Shown piece after piece: positions 45,521-58,790 of a stretch of DNA of 64,000 nt (positions are counted from its first letter, which is position 1; the number at the start of each line of letters is the position of its first letter). The stretch is from the human T2T-CHM13v2.0 reference genome, Homo sapiens. The stretch is from assembly GCF_009914755.1 (NCBI RefSeq), contig NC_060927.1; one strand, given 5' to 3'. Both the position numbers and the translations under genes were made by a program. Below the pieces are notes generated by a model. The model saw only the letters and a list, made by a program, of their open reading frames with translations, was not told where the DNA came from and did no database searches.

Positions 45521-46268
45521 TTTCTCAGCTTTTCCTTATTTTTCACGAGCTTGGCAGTTTTGAAGAAGCATGCAATAGTTGTCCTGTTACGTCTGGCTGT
45601 TTCACTTAGCATAATATTTTCAAGGTTCATTGACGTTGTAGATATATCAAAACTTCATTCCATTTTATAGCAGAATTATAGTCTACTGTATTTACCAAAT
45701 TAAAGATTAGATGAAATTAAAATTCCTGCCAATTTTAATAAACCTATAAATATAAAAATATTAAAATATTAATATTTTAATATTAATGAAAATATTATCA
45801 TAGAAATTGAAGTAATTATTACCAAAGTAGGAGATGTTACTTTAATGTATTAACTAATATGTTTTATGTTTGTGGTAATTTCCTTCTGCTCTATAGCCCT
45901 TCCCTCATCTAATTTGTCATTGTCTCAAGGATGGAATGTCACCCAAGGAAAGCAGAAAAAATGACTCTGAGTTTATAATTCATATGCTGCCTTAATGTTG
46001 TATGTTCTGCAGTTTTGAATTACACTCTGTATAGGAGGCAGAGCATAAATTGTATCCCATAATAAAAAGTACAATGGATTTTTAAGAATGTATGATAGGC
46101 AAAGCCCATATTTTTTACCTTTTCCTAAAACCATGGTGGATATTCCCCTTTGCCTGTCCAGGCATTCTTCACCTTCTCTGCTCAAAAGATGGAACAGTAC
46201 GTTGACTGTATCAGTGATCTCATCTGTCCTTTGATAGAATAACAAAGTGAGGGAGGAGAGTAGGTGAG

Positions 46269-46362
46269 TGTATTAGTCAGTTCTCATACTGCTAATAAAG
46301 ATATACCTAAAACTGGGTAATTTATAAAGGAAAGAGGTTTAATTGACTCACAATTCCACGTG
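46269..46362 (-). mobile_element. THE1/MST LTR 3'-end fragment
   Basis: tgtattagtcagttctc...ctgggtaatttataaaggaaagaggtttaattgactcac. Confidence 0.8.
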
Positions 46363-46784
46363 TTTGCTTTACTCACATTCTCAACTAATTGGTAGGTTCT
46401 TAACAATCTAGTCTTATTCTGGAAAACCTATTTCCTCTTACCAGTAACTGGCTTACAAAAAGGCAGGCCTAAGAAAATTTAATTAATTAAACCTGAGGAC
46501 AAATTTGACAGAGCCTCCCTGGAAAGGGGGCTTCTTACTATGAAAATATTTCTTACTATGAATACACAGCCTGAGGAAGACAGCCTTTCTTGTTCAGATG
46601 TATGAGTGGGGAAACATAGCCCAAATTGTTGTTGCACCTATAAGGGAATCCAGTCTCAAGATGTAGCAACATGGTTGGTGCAGAGCAAAACAAGGGAGAC
46701 CACTGGGTCATTTTGGCAAAATTCTGTCCTTGGATCAATTCTCTACCTGCCTTTTCTTTAAGACTCTGATTCTGTATACTGGGA

Positions 46785-46825
46785 TGTGTGTGTGTGTGTG
46801 TATGTGTGTTGGGATGTGTGTGTGT
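46785..46825. repeat. Interrupted (TG)n microsatellite
   Basis: Direct read. Confidence 0.85.
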
Positions 46826-49004
46826 ACAATTTAAAACTTAATTTGCTTCACTTTTTAGTTCATTAATGATAAAATCAGCCTCAAATAAAGAAGTAATGTT
46901 TGGAGGCGAGTTCTCTAAACAAACAGAAAAGGATGAGGGATTTGGGGAAGAGAAAAAGAGTGGAAAGGAAAGAGAAATATGACAAGTGATCTTGGACCAA
47001 AGGAATGTATGACTGAAGCCGAAGTTAAACTTAGGGGCAGTAGTTTAAAATGTCAGGAGAAAAAAGGTTCTACTCCAATTGTTTGCTCAATTAGGAAATC
47101 CTGAGAAATAATATTACATTTATAAATGTAAATATACATAAGTTGTATTAACTATGTAGGTTTTCTGACATAGAGTTCAGAGAGAAAAGTGAGAAACAGA
47201 ATGATATCTAAAGAGTAATAACAGTTATGAAAATTTTAAGTAAAATATGCATAAACATGTATAAACAAAAACATCTATAAAATGTTATGAGGCAACAAAA
47301 TTCACATTAGGGTATGTGCGTTTAGTGAGAGAAAAAAATGGGACTGGAAATGAATAATTCGGGAAAGATGAAAATGAGATGGGTTTACATTAATTGATAT
47401 TGATGATATACTTAATTAAGAAGCATGATTATCTAAATTCTGTGTACCTAGTCTAAAACAAAAATATACGTATGTTTGTGTGTGTGCTACCTGTATGTAT
47501 AACTATTATACATATAAAGATATATTAAACATAATAGTAAGAAAAAATCACAACCTATATTGTCAGATAAAGTGAGCCACCGAGCCTGGCCTCTTAGTGA
47601 TACTTTAAACTTACTAGTTTCCTTCACATTTTCCATTGTGTTAAACTTATTATACTTATTTTAACAGTAGTAAATGATGTCTTTTTCTTCAAAACAGAAT
47701 GCTTTCAAATATTTCTGTAGACATTTATGTAAAGGAGGTGTGCATATTTATTTACAATAATATAACCCTATAAAACATCATTTTGAAATTTTTTTGCATA
47801 TTTAAAAGCTGCAAGTAAGATATTTCATAAATCAGATGTATTTGGTACAGAGTCATATATGTGTGGATTATATTTCTGTAGGAAATATGGCAATACTTCT
47901 GCTTTCAGAGAAAACATTATTCTTTCTTAGTGTAACAAGACATTACCAAACATGCATCAATCTTATGTCTTTTAAAGAGATAAAACTACGATGGGCATTA
48001 TATTTGGGCCTAGTAATCTAAAGAAAGGAAACATGTGGAATGGTGGTTATAAAGGAGATTATATTTTGGGTGAGCAACAAAAATTTAAATTAAATAATTA
48101 CAATTGGAGTTGCATACATTATATATTAAGGGCAGGTACAAAATGCTAAGAGAACATATAGCAGGTAGTAGTTAATATTTAACAAATAATCTATATATTT
48201 ACACATTCTTTAATAGGTTTAATTTCTTGCCAAGTTTAATTCTTTCTTAAAGTTTCTAATAATCAAATAAAATTAGTTTTAGAGTTCAGGTAGTTTCAAT
48301 CATAACAATAGTCAATAGGCCAGTAAAGTAATTTTTATATATTAAGGTATTATGGAGTTATAAACATAACCTAAGGTATGTATGAAAGCGGGTTTATATT
48401 ACAGAATATATAATTTTAGTAGTATATGTAGTCATCACCTTTAGTATTTTCAGAAGAAGGAGGAAAGAAGAAAAGATGGGTTTAGAGTTTTATCGTGGTA
48501 TTACTATTACAACTTACAATAAAAACCGCTGCAAAGCAAAACTGTGTTTCAACCAGATTTGCCATTTTCAGTGTTTCCGAACTTTAGTGTCTTTGCTTAA
48601 AGTCTTTACTTTTTCCTCTCTTGTAACCACACCATGTGTTGAAATTTCACTCATCTGTAAACTAAACCTCTTATAAAACTTGTCAGAATACATGTCAAAA
48701 TTAATTTCTCCTTTATAGCATTTATGAATCTCTTTCTATATATAAATATACATCACTATTATTCATTACAATTTTCAGTGTGTTTATTTGTGCATGGAAC
48801 TTTTCACATTCACCTTTGTAATACTCATTGGCCAACATGAGTCACAAATGCACACTATATATGGTTGTGGCTAGTTTTGAAAATGCATTTTGTCCATGGT
48901 AAGAGATAATGATGAGCGATTATGATCAGGTTTCAGATGAATTATAAAATTATTTAAAAGTAAAAGTCAAATTAAATCAACCTTTGGTAGCAGGACAATT
49001 TTTA

Positions 49005-49230
49005 AAATAGCACGGTTTTAGGGCCATAAAGCTTTGCATTACAATCCTGGCTTACTAACTTGGTAGTTCTGTGAATATAGATTAAGATTGTTGCTCTTGA
49101 ACTACATCGTCCTCCACATTTGTATAAAAAGGACACTATCACATTTACAGTTGGTCTGACAATTAGAAATTATTTTGTGAACAGTTAGATTAGCATCTCT
49201 CACATAGTAGATGCTAAAAAATGGTAGTTG
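49005..49230 (+). mobile_element. MIR relic
   Basis: aatcctggcttactaacttggtagttctgtga...cacatagtagatgctaaaaaatggtag. Confidence 0.55.
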
Positions 49231-50835
49231 GTCACAGGAGAAGTGGCACTAATCAACATCATTTATCAATCATCTAAGAAATGCCTAGAATAAAGTACCA
49301 AGAAGTCTATCATATTGGAATTAAGAAAATGATTAATTCTGTTAGGGCATATTTATGTATATAGCATTCGCATTTTTATACTTACGAATTTCAGTTAGGT
49401 GCCTCAATGATCTTACGTTAATATTTATCAAATCCTAAATGTTCCAAGCCCAGAAAATAATACAAATAAATAGATAAGTATAATTCCATCATATGCTTTA
49501 TTTCTTAAGTAAAGAAAACCTTACTAAAATATGTAATTATAGATTATATAAAATATGTGCTATTATTTGACAAAATAAGCTTGTTTCTTTTTACTTAATT
49601 AAGAGCTAAAATACTTAATTGGCTTGGAAGTATGCCAATGTTGCTTTGTAGACTGTGAAATACGATTGTACAAAAGTCACATATAGTAAATATAAGCGTA
49701 TACATGTATACCTATTTGAATTCTACATTTGTCAAAAATATTGAATATGTTTATGGGCGGTTTGTGTTTATGTTTGTGAGAGAGAGTGGGGAGAAAACAG
49801 AGAAGAAGAGAGAGAGGAAATGACAGTATGTATGCACTAAAAGTAAATTTTTAAAAATAATGAAATAAAAATTCTTAAAGTGGTAGAGAATGCATCAAAA
49901 GTACAGCACTAGTAAATAGCATGTAATATTAATGCAAAACTAGTGTTGACTTGCCCTGAGATTTAGATTTTGAGGGAATTTTATTAAATGTTCCCATAGT
50001 GATATTTAACAAAACGTACAGTATACTTACATTAAAAAAAGAACTACTTTGATTTTCGAAACTCATTTCTAAAACAACCATTTCCTAGCAATGGCTTTTG
50101 TGTTGTCAGAGTGGAGTTAGCATTCATGCTCTTACACTCAATTCCTCAGGAGCATACATCTTTTCAAATGCAAGGGGATCCTAAAAATAGTAACTGGCCA
50201 GTAAAATCAGACTTCGCTCATGTTGTCAGTTATTTATACACCATTTTCCCAACTGAGCATCCCTACTGCCATAATGACCTGAACGCATGCAGTGCTCAGC
50301 TGCTGAGGCAAAGCTTACAAGCTGATTTTATTGCTTTAGACACATTGAACAACAGAAGAGCCCATCAGCACAGGAACATTAGGATGCCAGAAGTGTTTTC
50401 CAATCATTTGCAATAGGAAATCACTCTACAGTATGAATATATATTAAACATGTGTCATTGTTTTCTGCAAAGAAGTCTATAGCACACAGTATACTGCACT
50501 TTAGCAGCAGTGATAAATTTATTCTTCTAACCAAATTGCAAAGGATTTGATTTGATATTTAAGTTAAATGATCACCATTCCCCACTAATGGTTTTATGTT
50601 TAACCTCTTTGTCTACCAAAATTCTGGGCATATTGAGTTATCTTCTATTGACTGAGAATAATAACCTACATATCCATGGATACAGAATAGTACTTTTATT
50701 TTTTGGATTGTGTCCCAGACCTCGCATAGAGTATTCCTATGCTTATACCACAGTAATTGAATCTGTGCTGCCTCTGAGTCATTGAGTTAGACAGTTATTT
50801 ATGTATAACTCACCCGTCCTTAAAAATAAGGTGGC

Positions 50836-50839
<4 letters not shown>

Positions 50840-50873
<34 letters not shown>
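50840..50873. repeat. Perfect (AC)17 microsatellite
   Basis: Direct read. Confidence 0.95.
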
Positions 50874-50875
<2 letters not shown>

Positions 50876-52276
50876 CTATAATACATTGATTCCTGAAGCA
50901 AAAGTAATTATAGAATAATTGTCTCTAGCTCATAGATTTTAGTCCAAACCTTTCCTCTCCTTAGAAATTTCACATATGGTAATTTATATTCACTGTGTTT
51001 GACTTTATATTGTGACATCCTTATCCAATGCAGAATACAAAATATGTCCAATGCCATGCCATAATGGTTGACAGAATTATTGTCATAAAATGTATCATTA
51101 CAAATACTTATTTTCATATATTATTTTCCTAAATATAAAATCTCAGTTTGATTTTAAAAAACCTCTAAAACACTTACTTATTGTCATAGCCTATTGCAGA
51201 GAATGATGCTTTAATGAGATTTTAGAGTTGTTTTAAATCAAAAACCTATTGTGTTTAATTCTATGTCTATGGGTTGAAAAATAATGAAAAGCTTTCAAAT
51301 ATTTGATAAAACAATTGCAAAGCAAGCAAATCAGAAAACAAATTTTTAAGTGTTATTATTTTCTTTATGCTGTGATGATACTAAACACATTTATATAATT
51401 CATGAAACTTATTATTTTTCATAGATATTTCTTAAGATAATAATGTCAATGTTGTCACTCTGAGTCTATCACCACCTTTCAATCAATTTGCCAATACAGA
51501 TATGAATCAAATCTTGCTTTTATATTAATTATTTAACAATGCATTGCAAGAAATTGTTGATATAAAGGCTAGACTAAACTGTATGTTGTGTGTAAGTATT
51601 CATTTTCTCAATATGGAGTGCAGTTTAAGCACATTAAACATAAATATGAGAGTTGTGATAAATATAAATTGTGAAATCTCCTACTTCATGAAATGATCTG
51701 CTATGGTATCCAGTAGCATTCACAATTGTTTGGTCTTGAAATGCCTTCAATCATTTTAGGATAGGCTCTGTATTAGTTTCTGAGTCTGCTTCTTAATCTT
51801 TACCTAATATGCAAACCAAAATTTTTATAATTTGAATCACTACATATTATTCCTCATGTGCCCTTCAGCAGGCAAGCTAAACAAAATGTCCTGCTTCTTT
51901 AAATTACTAAAGCAGTTTTTATTTTTTTGTTTATTTTTTGAAGTGTATTACTTTCTGAGGTATTTTTAATATTGATATTTATGCTTTTTCTCTCATTCAA
52001 GAGAAAGAGCTCCTAAAAGGAAAGAATTGTTTCTCCCTGAATTTATAGTGTGTGTCAGTGGCTGGCAAACAAATTGTAACAGTCTGTTGAGTCAGTCAAA
52101 AAGTGTTAATTTTCAGACAATATTTAAACCAATGGAAAAATGTCACTTGATAAAAATATTTATATTTACTCTTACCTCAAATATACATCAAATCCATAAT
52201 GTAAAGGCTAATAATCATAAATTGAGTTTTAAAATAACATGGAAAAAATTTTTAAAGAGGACATATTTCTACTTTT

Positions 52277-52815
52277 TAGTATGTTCTCACTTAACATTGT
52301 TGATCAGTTTTTGGAAACTGTGACTTTAAGCAAAAGAACATACAGCAGGTTCTGAAACAATATTTTTTCCCGTGTATTAGTTCATTCTCACACTGCTGTG
52401 AAGAAATGCCAGAGACTGGGTAATTTATAAATAAAAGAGCATTAACTGACTCACAGCTCCGCATGGCTGGGGAGGCCTCAGGAAACTTACAAATATGGCA
52501 AAAGGGGAAGAAAAACATCCTTCTTTACATGGCAGGAGAGAGAAGTGCAGTGTGAAGAGGGAGAAAGCCCCTTATAAAACCATTAGATCTTGTGAGAACT
52601 CAATCATAATCTAATCTCCTCCCACAAGGCTTCTCCCATGACACATAGGGATTAGGAGTACTACAGTTTAAGATGAGATTTGGGTAGGGGCACAGCAAAC
52701 CATGTCATCATGTAATGTTATTTTTTATAACATTGATTAAAAATGGTTTTATTATACATTGTTTTGCTTAAAGTTTCAGTTTCCAAGAACCTATCTAGGT
52801 TGTGAAGATTTATTT
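52277..52815. mobile_element. MER82-like (Tigger) DNA transposon with long terminal inverted repeats, interrupted by a THE1 LTR
   Basis: Left ttggaaactgtgactttaagcaaaa is inverted to right ttttgcttaaagtttcagtttccaa. Confidence 0.65.
52373..52707 (-). mobile_element. THE1 (THE1D-like) solo LTR with an internal deletion
   Basis: tgtattag...ggaggcctcaggaaacttac...aaaccatgtca. Confidence 0.88.
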
Positions 52816-54099
52816 TATTAACTACTGGGTATCCAATAAATATGACTGTTGCTTGTATATAGCATATGATTTTTGTTGTATTTTGTAACTGATTCTCCAA
52901 AGTAATGCATTCCAAAGCTATGTACAGAAAGAGGAAAAAAATGCCAGTTTGAACAGTTGCTCTAGTTTTTTGTGTTTGTGTGTTTAATTTATTTCATCAA
53001 TTAGATCTAGTAATCTAAAAACCCAATAAATGTATAACAATATTTCAAATTTTAATTTTCCTAAATCTGTACATGGCATTTCTGGAGAGATAGCAAGCAT
53101 TCTCAGAGCTCATTCCTGTTACCCCATCATAGAAACTTATGTAAAATTAGTGAAAACTTCTTTTAAGAATCAATAAGCATGGTGCATAATGTGTTTTAGA
53201 ATTATTCTGAATTTTTGACCTATATGACTTATAAGTAATATATTACTTATACTGCTTACTGTATAAGTAAGCAGTAGGAAATGTGTACCTTGCAGAAAGA
53301 TAGAAGAGAGAGTATGTGTTACCATAATATAAGATTAGGAAAACAATTTGTTTCAGTCTGCATGAAGTAAAATGTTTACTTTGTAATTTCCATCTATTAT
53401 CTCTGATCATGAAGCCTATCTTTAAATTATCTTTCCTGTATATTCTAATATTTTGCTATTCAACATTTCCTTTACAAGAGAATTGAACTTTACTTAATTC
53501 ATTAATATCATACCAAGGATATTTCGTTTTAAGATGTTTCCACCACTAAGGATGCCTAATGAATGGGAAAACTATATATTAAAGATTCTGTGTTTATATA
53601 TAATCTACAAATACAGGCTATGATGTTGGGATTCTGGATATTGAATAAACATTTAAGTATTACAGTATGCTTATTTCTTAGAACTTTAATAGAATTACAC
53701 TGACAAAAATAATTTAAAATAATATAGAATTAAATAATAGTTGGGGATATTATTTTAGGTAATATAATTGTACCACATGGAAAGATGGAGTTGATATCAT
53801 TAGGGCATGAATGAGGCATGGTAGGCAAGGTGAAGTATGGGTGGAGAGTAAAGAAATCTGTCATACTGAAGGGTTAAAGATTAAAATTGATTATAAATTC
53901 CAATGTGATATTCATTTTAACATTCAGTTCAGAAGATGATGTGACCACATGTGGGTGACAGTTAAATACATTCTCTGCCTATAATTTCACATTATGTTGA
54001 CCAAAACTTTTGCATATTTCTACTTTAGAGTTCTGGGTTGATCAAAAAGAAAAGATCTTGAATGGTTTATTAATGCAGAAAATATCAGCTATTAGTTGG

Positions 54100-56387
54100 T
54101 GTATTAGTCTGCTCTTGCACTACTAATAAAAACACACTGGAGACTGGGTAATTTATAAAGGAAAGAAGCTTAATTGACTCACAGTTCTGCAGGGCTGGGG
54201 AGGCCTCAGGAAACTTACAATCATGGTGGAAGGGGAAACAAACATGTTCTTTTTGTGTCAGCAGGAAGGAGAATTAGAGTGAAGAGGGGGAAAGTCCCTT
54301 ATAAAACCATCAGATCTTGTGAGAACTTACTATCATGAGAAAAGTATGGAGGTAACCACCCCCATGATTGAATTATCTCCTACTGTGTCCTTCTCATGAC
54401 ACATGGGGATTATGGGAACTACAATTCATGATGAGATATGACTGGTGACTCAGTCAAACCATATCATTTAACCCCTGGCCCCTCCAAAATCTCATGTCCG
54501 CACAATTCAAAACATACTCGTGCCCTTCCAACAGTCGCCCAAAGTCTTAACTCACTTCATCATTAATTCAAAAGTCCAAGTCTAAAGTCTCATCTGACAC
54601 AAGGCAGGTCCCTAATGCCTATGGGACTGTAAAATCAAAAGGAAGTTAATTACTTCCTGTATGCTATGGAGGTACAGGAATTTGGTAAATACACCCATTC
54701 TAAATGGGATAAGTTGGCCAAAACAAAGGGGCTACAGGCCTCATGCAAGTCTGAAATTCAATACGACAGATGTTAAATGTTACGGTTCCGAAATAATATC
54801 CTTTGACTCCATGTTTTCATATCCAGGTCACATTGATGCAAAAGGTGGCCTCCCACAGCCTTGGACAGGTCCATCCCTGTGGCTTTGCAGGGTAAAGTCC
54901 CCCTCCTGGCTGCCTTCACAGACTGACATTGAGTGTCTGTGACTTTTCCAGGTGCAAGGTGCAAGCTGTTGGTGGATCTACCATTTTGGGGTCTGGAGGA
55001 TGCTGTCCCTCTTCTCAAAGCTCCACTAGGTAGTGCCCCAGTGGGGACTCTGTATGGGGGCTCCAATCCTACATTTTCTTTCTGCACTGCTCTAGCAAAG
55101 CTCTCCATGAGGGCTGCATTGCTGCAGCAAACTTCTGCCAGGACATCCATGCATTTCCATACATCCTCAGAAATCTAGGCAGAGGTTCCCAAACCTCAGT
55201 TCTTGTCTTCTGTGCACCCACAGTCCCAACATCACCTGTAAGCCAACAAGACTTAGGACTTGTACCCTCTGAAGCAATGGCCTGAGCTGTACATTAGCCA
55301 CTTTTAGCCACAGCTGGAGCTGAAGCAGCTATGATGCAGGGGTCCATGTCCCAAGGCTACATAGAGTAGGGAGGCCCTGGCCCTGGCCCAGGAAACAATT
55401 TTTCCCTCCTAAGCCTCCAAGCCTGTGACAGGAGTGTCTTCCAGGAAGGTCTCTGATATGCCCTGAAGACATTTTCTCCACTGTCTTGGTGATTAACATT
55501 TGGTTTCTCATTACTTATGCAAATTTCTGCAGCTGGCTTGGATTTCTCCCCAGAAAATGGGATTTTCTTTTATTATCGCATCAATCAGGCTGCAAATTTT
55601 CCAAACTTTTATGCTCTGCTTCCTCTTGACACTTTGCTGCTTAGAAATTTATTCCCCCAGATACCTTAAATTATCTCTCTTAAGTTCAAAGTTCCACATA
55701 TCTCTAGGTAAGTGGCAAAATGCTACCAGTCTCTTTCCACAGCAAGAGTGATCTTTACTCCAGTTCCCAACAAGTTTCTCATCCCCATCTGAGACCACCT
55801 CAGTCTGGACCTTAGTGTCCATATCACTATCAGCATTTTGGTCAAAGCCATTCAACATGTCTCTAGGAAGTTTCAAACTTTCCCACAATTTCCCTTCCTG
55901 TTCTGAGCCCTCCAAACTGTTTCAACCTCTGCCTATTACCCAGTTCTAAAGTTGCTTCCACATTGTTGGGTACCTTTATAGCATCACCCCACCCCCAGTA
56001 CCAATTTACTGTATTAGTCTGTTCTCAAGCTGCTTAATAAAGATATATCTGAGACTGAGTAATTTATAAAGGAAAGACGTATAATTTACTCACAGCTCCA
56101 CAGGGATAGGGAGGCCTCAGGAAACCTCCAATCATGATGGAAGGGAAGCAAACACCTCCGTCTTTCATGGTGGCAAGAAGGATAAGAATGAAAGTGAAAG
56201 GGTCAGGGGAGAAACCCCTTTTTAAAACCATCAGATCTCATAAGAACTAACTATCATGAGAACAGCATGGAGGTAACTTCCTCCATAATTCAGTTACCTC
56301 CCATTAGGTCCCTCCCACTACACATGGGAATTATGGGAACTGCAATTCATGCTGAGATTTGACTGGAGACACAGCCAAACCATATCA
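54100..56387 (-). mobile_element. Complete THE1 MaLR provirus: 3' LTR 54100-54466, internal 54467-56009, 5' LTR 56010-56387
   Basis: Two LTRs share the variants caattcatg and tgactgg; THE1-int sequence between them; degenerate TSD gttgg/gttca. Confidence 0.92.
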
Positions 56388-56569
56388 GTTCAGGAAGTAG
56401 CTAAGTAGCTATGATCTAAAATGGTTTATTTTGATTATTTTTCCTAAATAAGTGAATTTCTGTATGCAAAGCCCTTAATGGCAAAACTCATTAAACAACT
56501 ATGTAATTTGTAGAAAGTATAAAAATTGAAATATTCTCTATGGAAACATTACTGTATGTTATTTTGCCA

Positions 56570-58790
56570 TCAGTAATTTGTGAGTGACAGGCAAAAGATA
56601 TAGAATGGAATTATGCAAAATATTCAAATAATCCAAAATAAGTTAGAGAAGATAGAAAAAGAGTACAAAAGTGGTTGATACAAATAAAAAGCAAATATAA
56701 AAAATAGTAGATCTAAATTGAAAAAAAAATTAAGACATAAATAATAAAGTTAAATATATAAGTTGTCTAAACAGCCCAATAAATTGCAGATTGTCAGATT
56801 GGACCAGAAAATAAAACACAACTCTATGCTGCCTACTCACAAACAACTTGAATTATAAATACACAAACAGATTAAAAGTTAAAGAATATAAAATAATGTA
56901 TCATGTTCACACTAACTGAAAAAGGAAAAGTTTAGTGACTTTATTAGTATTAAACAAAGACTTCAGATAAAATAATTATAACAGCAAAAAGGTTACATCA
57001 TATTGATAAAGTATTCAATTTATCAAAAACCCCCAATAATTCGAATCATTCACACATCTAATCATGGAGTTTTAGAACACCTTATCTTTTATTGTTTAGT
57101 TCATGTATCATATTAACATGAAATTTTTGATAATTACGCAATGGCTATAGAAGATGTTAACATTAGGTGGAGCAAGGTGAAGGGTGTATAGGAACTCTAC
57201 ATTTGTAAGTTTATTGATGTCCTTAAATTATTTTGAAATAATAAGTTTAAAAATGCCTTCCTGATTTCTACAATACACTATACCTGGTAGTCTATTTTGA
57301 AAAGAAATAAACAAATCCACCTGGTATAGTTTCAATAATTTGTAATGTTTTTTAGTTACTGGTAGAACAAAAAGACAAAAATCAGTAAGAATGCAGAAAG
57401 CTTGAACAGTGCTATCAAACATATTCCTAATTGACATTATAGAACACTGTATCTAACAACACTAGCCTACATAGTATTTTCAAAGAACATGAATATCTAT
57501 CAAGAGAGACTGTATTCTAGATCACAGAAGTCTTAATACATATAAAATATTCAACTCACAAAGTTTATGTTCTCTGACAAGCATAGAATTCAATTAGAAC
57601 TCAACAATAGAAACATATGTGGAAAGTGCCCAAATATTTGGAAACAAAAATAAAACACTTGTAATTAACATTCTAAATAATACTTGGACCAAAGGAAAAT
57701 AGAATGAAAAATTAGAGACAAGAAGTGTCTCAAATCAATATTTTGTTTTCCATTTAAGAAAATAAAAAAAAAGAAGAAATGGAGGTCAATGTTTAGAAAG
57801 AGAGAAAAATTTTGAAAAAATCACAGCAGAAACTAGTAAAGCATAAGACAGAAAAAGAGTAGAAAAAATGAAGGAAGCTAAAAGGTGAATTTGAAGATCA
57901 GAAATTGATAAAGCCATAGCCTGACTGATTAGGTACAAACAGAAAAATGTCATGTTACCAATATCAGAAGTGAGAGAGCAATATCACTACAGTCTGCAGA
58001 TATTAAAGGATACTATGGAAAAGTTATGAACAACTATAGTTTAATACATTCTAAAAATTTGAAATGTCTCAAATTAATATTTTTAATTTTTCATTTGAGA
58101 AAATTAAAAAAGAAGGAATGAAGGTTAATGTTTAGAAAAAGAGAAATAAACTTTAAAAATATCAGAGTAGAAACTAGTAAATATAAGACAGAAAAAAATG
58201 GAAAAAATGAAGGAAGCCAAATGGCAGATCTGATGATCAAAAATGGATAAAGCCCCAGCCTGACAGATTAGGTATAAAGAGAAAAATCTCATATTACCAA
58301 TATCAGAAGTTAGAGAGTCAATATCACCATAGAGTCTACAGATATTAAAGGATACTATGTTAAAGTTATGAACAACTATAGTTTAATACATTATAAAAAC
58401 TTGATGATTTTGATGAACCATTTTTTTGAAAGACACAAATGATCAAAGTTGTTTCCTTTGTAACTGTGTAACTCCCTACCAAATAGTTTGAATATGTACT
58501 TAAAAATCTTTTCATGGAGAAAACTTCAGGCTCAGATGGCATCAATGGTAAGTCCTACCAAACGCTTAATTATAAATAAAATGAAGACACACGTGCTTTT
58601 ACAAAAATGTCAAGAGGTAGGAATATCTCCCAACACATTTTATGAGGCTATAATTACTCTGACAACAAAACCAGTTCATGATACCATAATAAAAGATCAT
58701 TACAACTCAAAATCAGTCCTGAAAGCCGAGGCAGCAGTTATTCCTAAGGAGGTAGCAATGAATTACTACAATATACTTTTTAAAAATTAG
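56570..58790 (+). mobile_element. Ancient L1M ORF2 relic, containing a ~339-bp tandem duplication
   Basis: A-rich ORF2-like motifs (PNTFYEAIITLTTKP; ttctctgacaagcatagaattcaattagaa). Confidence 0.7.

Noticed and set aside
54661-55915. ORFs within the THE1 internal region
   Set aside because: Short fragments of the decayed MaLR internal sequence on both strands; no intact ORF.
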